A DNA stretch of 64,000 nucleotides from Candidatus Aenigmatarchaeota archaeon (GCA_026397375.1 JAPLUZ010000022.1:24234-88233); one strand, 5' to 3'; counted from the stretch's first letter, positions 49,284 through 59,095 are shown. Notes: a model not told the origin generated them from the letters alone. Numbers and translations are program-made.

Positions 49284-50115
49284 TATGATAAAAAGAGTAA
49301 CAATAACTGTAAAGCAGGACCTGTTAAGAAAACTGGACAGGATGATAGATAGGCAACATGTAAAAAACAGGTCCCATGCAGTGGAGCAATTAATAATAAG
49401 GGGCTTATCGAAGACGGATTTGGATACGGCTATTATAATGGCGGGCGGCGATGGGGCAAGATTAAGGCCAATAACCTATGAAATACCCAAGCCGCTTATA
49501 CCTGTTAAGGGAAGGCCGGTTCTTGAACACCAATTAAACATGCTAAAAAACTATGACATAAGAAATGTCACTCTGGCTGTTGGCGAAAACTATGAAAAAA
49601 TAAAAGAGTATTTTGGAAATGGCAACAAGTTCGGAATTAACATAGAGTATCTGGTTGAGCAGAGGTCTATGGGAAATGTAGGTGCCCTGAGTCTGATAAA
49701 AAATAAAATAAAAAACACATTTATCGTTCTGAATGTGGATGCATTAATAAATCCTGACATTTCTGAGATGTACACCTTCCATAAAAAAGAAGGCAGGCTG
49801 GCTACGGTTCTGCTGGCGCAGGTTGACGATCCAAGTGACTACGGCGTGGCAAAAATGCGCGGCAGTCAGATAATAGATTTTGAAGACAGGCCAAGCCGCA
49901 CAGAATCAAACCTGGTTGATGCCAGCTTCTACATATTCGAGCCAGAGGTTCTAAAATTTATGAAAAAAGGAAAAATGATGATGAAGGACCTGCTTAAAAT
50001 TCTGGTGCAGGAAAACCAACTGTCTGGTTTCTTATATGATGGCTTCCTCTTCGACGTAGCAACGCATGAAGGCTATGAAAGGGCTATTAAAAACTGGAAA
50101 CCAGCCTTTGCTTGA
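49279..50115 (+). CDS. CopG/NikR-type RHH domain fused to a sugar-phosphate nucleotidyltransferase domain
   Basis: KRVTITVKQDLLRKLD...NRSHAVEQLI, then MAGGDGARLRPITYEIPKPLIP. Confidence 0.85.
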   Translation: MNMIKRVTITVKQDLLRKLDRMIDRQHVKNRSHAVEQLIIRGLSKTDLDTAIIMAGGDGARLRPITYEIPKPLIPVKGRPVLEHQLNMLKNYDIRNVTLAVGENYEKIKEYFGNGNKFGINIEYLVEQRSMGNVGALSLIKNKIKNTFIVLNVDALINPDISEMYTFHKKEGRLATVLLAQVDDPSDYGVAKMRGSQIIDFEDRPSRTESNLVDASFYIFEPEVLKFMKKGKMMMKDLLKILVQENQLSGFLYDGFLFDVATHEGYERAIKNWKPAFA

Positions 50116-50145
50116 TCTTTTAAGATTAAATATTCAAAATTTAGC

Positions 50146-51993
50146 ATGCGGTTGCTAAACTGCATTCTAATCCTATTTTTCCTTGCTTACCCGTCACACG
50201 CTATAATCATAAATGAAGTAATGTACAATCCTATCGGTTCTGATAGCGGAAACGAATGGCTAGAAATCTACAATAATGATACAGAAACATACAATCTAAC
50301 AGGATGGAAAATAAATATTGATGACACAGACCATACGCTTAATGTCCCGCCAAGCAACGGCGGGATAGGATCAATGATAGTTGACCCTGGTAATTATGTC
50401 ATAATAGCGCAGGATGCAATAAAATTTTTGAGTAATTATCCAAGCTACAATGGAACGGCCATCGACAGCTCTTGGGATAATCTAGTAAATTCTGTAAACA
50501 AAACCATATGGATAAGAAATTCCACAAATGTATTTCATAACATAACAACCTTTGCTAATTTAACAGAAGGAAAAACGTTTTGCCTGATTAACAGCATCTT
50601 TATGGGATGCGACCCAACACCAGGATATGTCAATGGTCTTGTACAAAATACTACAGGTCAGACTGACGAACAAAACAATATAACCGGTTCGTGTGATTTA
50701 GGGCTATGGATAGAAACAAGTTCGGATGTTTATAACGTTTCCACAATTTATTTTGACATCAAAGTAAATGATACAAACTGCACTGAAAAAGATACCACGA
50801 TAAATTATTATATTCAAGATTTGTTCGGTAACATTGTAAAAGCGCCTGTCGATTCGGTCATCAATTTAGCATGTACGGCGTCTTTGCAGCACCAGTGGAC
50901 GCCCGATGACATGCAGGGTTCAGAAGCGTACTATATAATTGGGAATATTGTGAACGCAGACTGTAATGACACAAACATGAATAACAATGTCGCCTCAAGA
51001 CTAATAGTTGTCAAAGGAAACAACATTCAGACAGGTTCTTCTATAGATATAATTTCTGTTGATATGGGTTCTGACAATTCTGTAAAATATGGAGAAGCGG
51101 CTAACATAAAAATAAGGGCATATCGGGGCGATACATCAAAATATGCAATAGATGTTTGGATAGAGAATTCAGGCAAAAAACTCAGCAGTATAAGCACAAT
51201 GCATGCAAAGAACAAGTTCACCGAATACGAATTTCAGGTTCCTGTCCAATTGAAATCAAATTGCGACAACGCTTTCAATGATGGCGAATACGACGTTATC
51301 GCTGACGGCTTGGACATAACAAAAACAGCAAAGATAAATATTTCAGGCATCTCAACAACAAACTGCAAGACAATAACTATAAGCACAAGCGGTGGCGGAA
51401 GCAACTCGTATAGCTACACACCAAGCGAATTGTTTTCCCACGAAATAACAAAATATGAAAGTACCGCGGAAACAGGCGAAGAAATAGAAACTATTGTAAA
51501 CATAGTCAATAATTTCACAACACAGAAAAACTTCACGGTATATTCCTATGTTTACAAAGGCAACAATCCTGTTTCTTCCGGCCTTAATGAGAAGAATGAA
51601 TGGAAGGGCGGTTATACGGCAAACTCAATATCGTTTCTGCTTAATCCAAAGGAATCAAAGAACATTGTTCTAAAGAATAAGATAGATGAAGACACAGAGC
51701 AAGGCATGTATAATTTTAGAGTAAGAATAAAAGTTGACGGCAAGGACAATGATATAACAAAGGATATTTACGTCATAAAATCAAACACGACAAATATCAT
51801 TTCTTCTGCAGGATCGGGAATAGATTCTGGCGCAAAATCAAACAATATAATCGCAACCAACAGAACAATAGAAAAAGTTTCTAAAATGACGGGATTGATT
51901 ACAGACAAACCCAAGATAAACTCGAACTTGAATATATTTCAGCCGCCTTTGATTGTTCTGTTTAATTTTATAATGGCACTTTTCTGGGCATAA
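50146..51993 (+). CDS. Secreted lamin-tail-domain surface glycoprotein
   Basis: Signal peptide, IIINEVMYNP...EWLEIYN lamin-tail motif, PTPG, about 18 N-x-S/T sequons and a C-terminal hydrophobic anchor. Confidence 0.8.
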   Translation: MRLLNCILILFFLAYPSHAIIINEVMYNPIGSDSGNEWLEIYNNDTETYNLTGWKINIDDTDHTLNVPPSNGGIGSMIVDPGNYVIIAQDAIKFLSNYPSYNGTAIDSSWDNLVNSVNKTIWIRNSTNVFHNITTFANLTEGKTFCLINSIFMGCDPTPGYVNGLVQNTTGQTDEQNNITGSCDLGLWIETSSDVYNVSTIYFDIKVNDTNCTEKDTTINYYIQDLFGNIVKAPVDSVINLACTASLQHQWTPDDMQGSEAYYIIGNIVNADCNDTNMNNNVASRLIVVKGNNIQTGSSIDIISVDMGSDNSVKYGEAANIKIRAYRGDTSKYAIDVWIENSGKKLSSISTMHAKNKFTEYEFQVPVQLKSNCDNAFNDGEYDVIADGLDITKTAKINISGISTTNCKTITISTSGGGSNSYSYTPSELFSHEITKYESTAETGEEIETIVNIVNNFTTQKNFTVYSYVYKGNNPVSSGLNEKNEWKGGYTANSISFLLNPKESKNIVLKNKIDEDTEQGMYNFRVRIKVDGKDNDITKDIYVIKSNTTNIISSAGSGIDSGAKSNNIIATNRTIEKVSKMTGLITDKPKINSNLNIFQPPLIVLFNFIMALFWA

Positions 51994-52025
51994 GAACTTT
52001 TCGCTATATTGTAACACTGATTGGC

Positions 52026-52715
52026 ATGTTTCTAAAAAATTACCCTGCAATGAAGGTAGAAAATTGCCTTGTCATAACAGACCTGCATATAGGAATAACA
52101 AAGGATATTTACGACAGGGGCATAACCATACCTAACCAGGCAGAAAAATTGGCTGTTAAAATAAACAAGTTAAAGGCCCTGACTCATACAAGGAGATTAG
52201 TTCTTCTGGGAGATATCAAGCATAAGGTTTCAGGATTCTCAGTTCTGGAGAAATACGAGCTGGAAAGGTTCTTCTCAAAACTGAAGTTCAAAGATATCAT
52301 AATTGTAAAGGGCAACCATGACGGCAACATAGAAAAAATGCTGCCAAAGGGCAAAATAAGCGTAAGAAAGACCTTCGGTCTGGGCGAATATTTTTTCACG
52401 CACGGCCACAGAAAAATAAAGACGACAAAGAAAATAATAGTCATAGGACACAACCAGCCTCATATAAAATTCCGCGATGAGATGAGAGCTGTTTATGTGG
52501 AGCCTGTGTGGGTCAGGGGCAGGTTAAAGGGAAAGCTTAAGGGTAAGAAACTCATAATTGTTCCGGCCTTCAATGATCTCTGCGGCGCGACAATTGTGAA
52601 TAAGGACAAGCTCCTGGGACCGATAGCAAAGCAATTAAACAAGAGGGCTACACACATATTTCTGTTGGATGGAACGGATTTAGGCAGCCTGATGGATTTG
52701 AAAATAAAAGAGTGA
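52026..52715 (+). CDS. Lhr-associated metallophosphoesterase
   Basis: DLHIG, GDIKH, GNHD, HGH, GHNQP and PAFN motifs. Confidence 0.88.
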   Translation: MFLKNYPAMKVENCLVITDLHIGITKDIYDRGITIPNQAEKLAVKINKLKALTHTRRLVLLGDIKHKVSGFSVLEKYELERFFSKLKFKDIIIVKGNHDGNIEKMLPKGKISVRKTFGLGEYFFTHGHRKIKTTKKIIVIGHNQPHIKFRDEMRAVYVEPVWVRGRLKGKLKGKKLIIVPAFNDLCGATIVNKDKLLGPIAKQLNKRATHIFLLDGTDLGSLMDLKIKE

Positions 52716-52719
52716 TACC

Positions 52720-55491
52720 ATGACATTTACACTGTTTTCAGAAAAGATGCAAAAATTGATAAGAGAAAGGGGATTTCTGGAGCCCACGCTGGCCCAGCAG
52801 ATGGGTATGCCCGAGATTTTGAAGGGCACCAATGTGCTTATCATAGCTCCAACGGGCATAGGCAAGACCGAGGCGGCTATGCTGCCATTAATAGACATGG
52901 TTGCCAAGCAGGAGAGCAAACCTATATCCGTGCTCTATATAACACCGCTGCGCTCTCTGAACCGAGACCTGCTGGACAGGCTTTTTTGGTGGGCTGACAA
53001 GATGGGAATAGAAATAGGTGTCAGGCATGGCGACACTTCTGCAGCGGAGCGAACAGCACAGCGGGAAGCGCCGCCTCACATCCTGATAACAACGCCGGAG
53101 ACTTTACAGGCTGTGCTTACGGGAAAACTAATACGCGAACATTTTAGAAATGTAAAATATGTTGTTGTAGACGAGATACACGAGCTTATAGAAAGCAAAA
53201 GAGGAACCCAGCTTTCCGTTGTTTTAGAACGCCTAGAAGAATTGTCAAAAGATTTTCAGAGAATAGGATTGTCAGCTACAGTAGGTTCACCGCAGCTTGT
53301 CGCAGATTTCCTTGGCAAAAATGTAAAAATAATTCATGCTGATGCTACAAAGAAATATAACATAAGAGTAGAAGCGCCGGTGCCTGGACTGAAGGATAAG
53401 CAGATGGCTGACGATCTGGTTATCGGGGAAAATACGACAGCCCGGCTTCGCCGACTGTATGAACTGATAAAGGAACACACTTCTGTGCTGGCATTCACCA
53501 ATACAAGGGAGACCGCCGAAGTTCTATCGTCTCGTTTGCGAAGCTTGGACAGGGAATTGAAACAAGCAGTGCACCACGGTTCGCTGTCAAAAGAAAGAAG
53601 AATAAGAAATGAGCAGTCTTTCAAGAAGCAGGAGCTGAAGTCACTAATTGCAACAAGTTCCCTGGAGCTTGGCATAGATATCGGATCGATAGACCTGGTT
53701 ATACAATACATGTCGCCAAGGCAAGTCTCTAAACTGATACAGCGTGTCGGAAGGTCAGGTCATGGCATTGGAAGGACAAGCAAGGGCATAATAATTTCAG
53801 GTGACGAAGACCTGTTCGAGTCGGCTGTAATAGCGAAGCACGCCATGGAGAAAAGGCTTGAAGAATTAACAATGCACGAAAAGGCATACGACGTTCTTGC
53901 AAACCAGATAGTTGGGAATGTGATGGAAAATTATTCCATGCCCAGCGATAAAATATATGAAATAATAAAGAGGGCTTATCCTTACAGGGATTTGAAGAAA
54001 AAAGAATTCCTGGAAGTTCTGCAATTTTTGGAAACACTTCATTTAGTATGGCTAGACAAAACAAAGGACGGATACGAAGTAAAAAGAAGGAAGAAGGCGT
54101 TCACCTATTATTTTGAGAACCTGTCAACAATACCGGACAAGAGGCAGTACAAGATTGTATCTGTTATAGAAAATGAGCCGATAGGCAGTCTGGACGAAGA
54201 ATTTGTCGCGGAACACGGCCAGGCAGGCAACAAGTTCGTATGCGCCGGGCGTGCGTGGAAAATAATCCAGGTCTACCCCGACAAGGTGATGGTAGAACCA
54301 ATAGAAGACATAGAGTCGGCTATACCGGCGTGGGAAGGCGAGCTCATACCAGTGCCCTTTGCCGTTGCCCAGGACGTCGGAAGACTCAGGAAAATGATTA
54401 TTTCCAACGAAGAAAAGGCAAAAGAATTCCCCATGGATTCCACTTCATTCAAAGAAATGAAGAAAACCATAGAGAAGCACGCAGAAAAACACCAGATACC
54501 GGATGACAAAACCATGCTTATAGAGAATTACAAGGACTTTGTAATAATCCATTCCTGCTGCGGATCGCTTGTGAATGGTACATTGGGGAAATACATTTCA
54601 GCTATCCTCACAGCAGAGACTGGCGTGGCTGTGAACATAAAGAGCGATCCATACAGGATAATGCTGCAGACAGTAGCGAAGTCACAGGACGTCAAAAGAA
54701 TAATCGAAGAAGCAGCTAACATGGAAAATGTGCTTAAAGCGTCCATGGAAAGATCGTCGCTGTTCAAGTGGCGCTTCCTTCAGGTCGCAAGAAGGTTCGG
54801 AATAATATCCCGGAGTGTGAAATACGACAAATTAAACGTGAACAAGATAGTCACAGCATACATGAATTCGCCTGTCTATGAGGCGACGATGAATGAAGTC
54901 TTCATGGATAAAATGGACGTGGAAAATACGGAAAACATAATAAAGAAAATAAAGGACGGATCAATAAAAATGCACATCCAGGAAGGACTGAGTTATCTGG
55001 GCGAGCTGGGACTGGTGCAGCAATTTTCAGAGGTAATGAAACCGAGGCTGCCGCAAAAAGAGATTTATCTTGCATTCAAAAAGAGGCTGCTCACCACAAG
55101 GGTGAGACTTCTGTGCGTGAACTGCGGCGAGTATAATCTTGTTATGACTGTAAGAAACGTGGATCAGGAGCCGGACTGCCCGCACTGTGGATCTCGTCTT
55201 ATAGCCGTTCTAAGAAGAGGTCAAATAAATGCGCAGGGTATTGTAAGAAAGAAAATAAAGAAGAAAGAACTTACAAAGGAAGAACAGGAAGAATTCCAGT
55301 CTGTCAGACGGTCAGCAGACCTTGTCATAGTTTACGGAAGAAAGGCTGTTGAATGCCTGGCAGGTCATGGCGTCGGGCCGCAGACGGCCGCGCGAATCCT
55401 GTCGATGCTGCAGCCAAATAAGGAACTTTTCTATAAAAGCATACTAGAGGCGGAGAAGCAGTTTGCCCGCACGAAGATATACTGGAAATAG
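52720..55491 (+). CDS. lhr: Lhr-family SF2 helicase with C-terminal Zn finger/HhH
   Basis: APTGIGKT, DEIH, SAT, HHGSLS, SLELGIDIG and QRVGRSGH motifs; CVNC...CPHC and GVGPQTAARIL at the C-terminus. Confidence 0.93.
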   Translation: MTFTLFSEKMQKLIRERGFLEPTLAQQMGMPEILKGTNVLIIAPTGIGKTEAAMLPLIDMVAKQESKPISVLYITPLRSLNRDLLDRLFWWADKMGIEIGVRHGDTSAAERTAQREAPPHILITTPETLQAVLTGKLIREHFRNVKYVVVDEIHELIESKRGTQLSVVLERLEELSKDFQRIGLSATVGSPQLVADFLGKNVKIIHADATKKYNIRVEAPVPGLKDKQMADDLVIGENTTARLRRLYELIKEHTSVLAFTNTRETAEVLSSRLRSLDRELKQAVHHGSLSKERRIRNEQSFKKQELKSLIATSSLELGIDIGSIDLVIQYMSPRQVSKLIQRVGRSGHGIGRTSKGIIISGDEDLFESAVIAKHAMEKRLEELTMHEKAYDVLANQIVGNVMENYSMPSDKIYEIIKRAYPYRDLKKKEFLEVLQFLETLHLVWLDKTKDGYEVKRRKKAFTYYFENLSTIPDKRQYKIVSVIENEPIGSLDEEFVAEHGQAGNKFVCAGRAWKIIQVYPDKVMVEPIEDIESAIPAWEGELIPVPFAVAQDVGRLRKMIISNEEKAKEFPMDSTSFKEMKKTIEKHAEKHQIPDDKTMLIENYKDFVIIHSCCGSLVNGTLGKYISAILTAETGVAVNIKSDPYRIMLQTVAKSQDVKRIIEEAANMENVLKASMERSSLFKWRFLQVARRFGIISRSVKYDKLNVNKIVTAYMNSPVYEATMNEVFMDKMDVENTENIIKKIKDGSIKMHIQEGLSYLGELGLVQQFSEVMKPRLPQKEIYLAFKKRLLTTRVRLLCVNCGEYNLVMTVRNVDQEPDCPHCGSRLIAVLRRGQINAQGIVRKKIKKKELTKEEQEEFQSVRRSADLVIVYGRKAVECLAGHGVGPQTAARILSMLQPNKELFYKSILEAEKQFARTKIYWK

Positions 55492-55572
55492 AACTGTAAT
55501 TTCTTTGTACCATTTTTGTAATTGCAAGAAATTATGTTCCACGCTTTTATACATATATTACAAATTAGGCTG

Positions 55573-56481
55573 ATGTCACATCCAATAATATCTAAGCTTC
55601 TTGTCGAGACTGGTGCGTACAGGGACCTTGATACGCCGGTCATACTGACTTCAGGACGCATAGGCATATACTACGTAAACACAGAAAAACTTCTTCAGGA
55701 CGGCGGCAAGTTCAATGATTATGGCGATAATTCACAACAGATGATAGCACATGCAATGCTAGTCATGAATGACAATCCATCCTTTGGAAAAGTAATAGAT
55801 ATAATGTCTGCAGAAATTGACAGTATGTTTCTATCAGACGACAGCAAAAATGCAAGGGCCATTTCAGGCGGGCAGAGAAGGGACTGGCTGTTCTCAGGGC
55901 CGGTCGCTGCAATGCTAGGTTATCCACACATTTCTTTATACAAGGATGGAAGATTCTACGCTCTTTCACACGACTTCTCCAAAGACGTATCAATAGGTGG
56001 CTATAGTGCTGTACACGTTTCGGACCTCATGACAAGCGGTTCAAGTTCCTATGATTCAAGGGAAACTCCGCCGACAGGATGGATACCAATGATAAGAACC
56101 GGCAATGCAAGAATCCATAAACTTGCAACAGTCGTTTCAAGACTCGAGGGTGGCGAGCAGGCACTGAAGAAGGCAGACGTTGACGTTTTTTCATTTGTTC
56201 AGATAGACGAGGACTTTGTCAGGGCGCAGTCAAAAAACACGAAAGCGTTGGAATATGTAAAAGACCCAGACGGCTGGAGCGAAAGGTTTTTGAGGGAGCA
56301 GGGCGTTGAAGCTTTCGTGAATGCATTCGGCCCGGATGCCATGAAGAAGGATGCAAGGGCATTGAAGTTTCTCAAGGTTTATAAGAACATACTGGACGAA
56401 GACGGCGGAAAGAAATACAATGAGTTAAGTTCTAAAGTAAAAGAAAAATTCGGTACAGACATAACACAGATGGGTGCTTGA
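55573..56481 (+). CDS. Divergent orotate phosphoribosyltransferase
   Basis: ILTSGRIGIYYVN and PRPP loop HVSDLMTSGSS; adjacent to pyrF. Confidence 0.7.
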   Translation: MSHPIISKLLVETGAYRDLDTPVILTSGRIGIYYVNTEKLLQDGGKFNDYGDNSQQMIAHAMLVMNDNPSFGKVIDIMSAEIDSMFLSDDSKNARAISGGQRRDWLFSGPVAAMLGYPHISLYKDGRFYALSHDFSKDVSIGGYSAVHVSDLMTSGSSSYDSRETPPTGWIPMIRTGNARIHKLATVVSRLEGGEQALKKADVDVFSFVQIDEDFVRAQSKNTKALEYVKDPDGWSERFLREQGVEAFVNAFGPDAMKKDARALKFLKVYKNILDEDGGKKYNELSSKVKEKFGTDITQMGA

Positions 56482-57382
56482 TATGATGTTCAAAAAACTT
56501 TGGCTAGAAACGGTAGAAAGAAAAAACTCAATTCTATGCGCAGGTCTGGACCCTGCTGATACCGAGATGAAAAGAGGACCTGAGAGCCTTCCGGCTGGAG
56601 TCAAAAAATATGACTGGACGATGAAATACATAGAAATGGTCGCTCCTTATTGTGCAGGGCTGAAATTTAATATCAATTACTGGAAAGGATTGACTGATAT
56701 CGAGCATTACGGAGAACAAGAAGGAAAGAGCGACCCGGAAATATTAAAAAAAGCATTGAATCTTGCCAGAGATCGTGAGTTAGTTATAATCGAAGACAGC
56801 AAACTGCCGGACATAGGAGCAACAAATGATGCTGGCATGTATTATGCTGAAAGGGCCGATGCAGTAACAGTTGCACCATTTGCAGGAAACCTGGGAGAAA
56901 TGTCAGAGCAAGCGAAGAAAAGGAACTTAGGCATCATAACAATGTGCATAATGAGCAACCCAGAGTACGAAATAGAAAAGAATAAACTGGTTCCGATACC
57001 AGAGTCTGAAAGAGTAGGTATTTATCCTGAAATTGATGTGATCTCAATAAATGGCCAGAACTATGTCAAGCAATATCTATGGCTGGCTTATAAAACAAAG
57101 CAGTTTGATGTTCCTGGTGCTGTCATAGGTGCTCCAAGTGCCAAGAATCATGTAAAGGAAGAAGAAGTACAAAAGGCAAGCATATACTTGAAGAATAAAG
57201 GAATTCTGATACCAGGAATAGGAAAGCAGGGCGGAGAAGCAAACATACTATTCAAATATTTCCCATCAGAAGACTGCATTGCCAACGTCGGAAGGGCGTT
57301 GATGTTTCCTGAAAACGGAGATCAGGAAGCGGCTGCAAAATACTACTTTGGAATGTTGAATGATCTGAGAGCAAAGAAGTAA
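56474..57382 (+). CDS. pyrF: Orotidine-5'-phosphate decarboxylase
   Basis: LCAGLDP, LKFN, DSKLPDIGAT, MSNP, PGIGKQGG and NVGRA motifs. Confidence 0.88.
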   Translation: MLDMMFKKLWLETVERKNSILCAGLDPADTEMKRGPESLPAGVKKYDWTMKYIEMVAPYCAGLKFNINYWKGLTDIEHYGEQEGKSDPEILKKALNLARDRELVIIEDSKLPDIGATNDAGMYYAERADAVTVAPFAGNLGEMSEQAKKRNLGIITMCIMSNPEYEIEKNKLVPIPESERVGIYPEIDVISINGQNYVKQYLWLAYKTKQFDVPGAVIGAPSAKNHVKEEEVQKASIYLKNKGILIPGIGKQGGEANILFKYFPSEDCIANVGRALMFPENGDQEAAAKYYFGMLNDLRAKK

Positions 57383-57409
57383 TTTAAGCCTTGTTCTAAA
57401 ACTAATTGA

Positions 57410-58037
57410 ATGGAAAAAGAAATAGAAGACAATTACATAAAAGCAGGCAAGATAGCGGTGGAAGGAAAGGAAGAGGCAAGAAGGATAGTAAAGCCGGGTG
57501 TAAAATTTCTTGATATTGCCGAAGGGTTGGAACAATTCATACGCCAGGCAGGCGGACAGCCGGCTTTTCCCATAAACATTTCTATAAACGACATAGCTGC
57601 GCACCACACGCCGACAAAAAACGATATGGCTGTGATAAATGACAGTGATATTGTGAAGATAGACCTAGGTGTTCACATAGACGGCTATGTGGCTGATACG
57701 GCTGTGACGATAAATTTCAACCCAGATTACGACGATCTTGTAAAAGCTGCGGAGGCTGCTCTGCAGGAAGCGGTAAAAGAAGTAAGACCAGATGCCCTGC
57801 TGTCGGATATATCAACGACGATAGAAAATACAATAAAGGGATTTGGCTACAAGCCGATAGAAAACCTTACAGGGCACGGATTGGCGCAGTATGATTTGCA
57901 TACGGAGCCTACTGTAATTGCGCGAACGCGGCGCAATCCACGACTTTTTCGTGCTGAAGGAATCAAAGAAGGGCATGGTTTCCCAGGCTGAACACACGTT
58001 AATAGTCAAGGACAAGCCGATCGTGATAACAAAATAA
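57410..58037 (+). pseudogene. map: Type II methionine aminopeptidase with an internal deletion and frameshift
   Basis: AFP, AAHHTP, KIDLGVHIDGYVADTA and NLTGHG in frame up to HTEPTV (~57915); the C-terminus LRERGAIH...VSQAEHTLIV...ITK* follows in another frame. The AIEPF segment is missing. Confidence 0.85.
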
Positions 58038-58085
58038 AACGTGGAATATATATACTTTCGTTTGACTAATAGAATTAGTGATTCT

Positions 58086-58619
58086 ATGATAGCTATAGTC
58101 GACAACGGCAAAGGCGCAGATGATATAGAAAGATTTATTCGCGGGGCAAAAGAAGTCGTGACACCAAATGAGGCGTTGAAGTCAAAGGCATCTGCTTTTA
58201 TCCTGACAGATGGCGACATGAAACACCAGAAAGCCAATGTGGAACTCATTAAAAAAACAAACAAGCCATTGCTTGGAATAGGTATTGGTTATATATTTCT
58301 AGGTGTAGCATATGGCGCGAAAACAAAGGAAACGAAATTCGATAAAACAGATCACGCAAAAATAGAACATGCATGTCCATTAACACTGGACCTGAAGAAA
58401 ATGTTCACGGTCATGCAGAACTGCCGTCACGCATTTATAGAGCTGCCGGAGAACTTTCAAGTTGTTGCCTCTTCTCCAAAATATGAGTACAAAATAATAT
58501 CTGAGAACAACAAACCATTCTTCGGCGTACACTTCAACCCGGAGATGGGCGGTGACGGATTAAAAATAATAGACAACTTTGTGAAGTTTGTGGACATCTG
58601 GGGAAAGTACCACAGTTGA
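58086..58619 (+). CDS. Class I glutamine amidotransferase-like protein (GMP synthase A-like), predicted inactive
   Basis: IVDNG start; PLLGIGIG (nucleophile Cys to Gly) and GVHFNPE (His to Asn). Confidence 0.8.
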   Translation: MIAIVDNGKGADDIERFIRGAKEVVTPNEALKSKASAFILTDGDMKHQKANVELIKKTNKPLLGIGIGYIFLGVAYGAKTKETKFDKTDHAKIEHACPLTLDLKKMFTVMQNCRHAFIELPENFQVVASSPKYEYKIISENNKPFFGVHFNPEMGGDGLKIIDNFVKFVDIWGKYHS

Positions 58620-58666
58620 AAGTAAAAACAATTTCTTAGAGGTTTTTATAGATTGATCTCAAATAT

Positions 58667-59095
58667 ATGACTATGAACTGGAAAAAGTTCAGCAGGGGAG
58701 TATTTCTTGTAAATGTTCTTGGTATCATATATAACAAAAACACTGGAAAGATACTGATCGGAAGAAGACAAAACGATCCTCATATAAAAAAACTTTCTTG
58801 GTGTTTCCCTGGTGGTCGGCCCTCTTATGGAAAGGATCTGGAATTCTATCTCAAAAAGGAAATAAAAACAAAGACCGGGCTGTCCGTAAATGTTAAGGAA
58901 GCTGTTTTTGCAAAGACATACCCTGAAAACCGCAAATTTCTTTCTATTTATTATTATTGCGAACCTGTAGGCAAAAAAGAAAAGCCCGGCGAGAAGTTTG
59001 TCGAGCTCAAATGGATAAAGCCAGACGCTGCAAAGAAATATTTTACCACGTCCCTGCATCCAAAACTGTGGAAGTATCTTAGAGAATTAAAATGA
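58667..59095 (+). CDS. Nudix-fold protein with a degenerate Nudix box
   Basis: KILIGRR...WCFPGG, then GKDLEFYLKKEIKTKTGL. Confidence 0.8.
   Translation: MTMNWKKFSRGVFLVNVLGIIYNKNTGKILIGRRQNDPHIKKLSWCFPGGRPSYGKDLEFYLKKEIKTKTGLSVNVKEAVFAKTYPENRKFLSIYYYCEPVGKKEKPGEKFVELKWIKPDAAKKYFTTSLHPKLWKYLRELK

Noticed and set aside
52026-55491. MPE-Lhr pair as a new defence system
   Set aside because: Linkage of a metallophosphoesterase with Lhr is an already known, widespread repair-type arrangement.
57916-57991. C-terminal tail IARTRRNPRLF... of the listed 193-aa Map ORF as a novel domain
   Set aside because: It is out-of-frame translation of the true Map C-terminus after the deletion.
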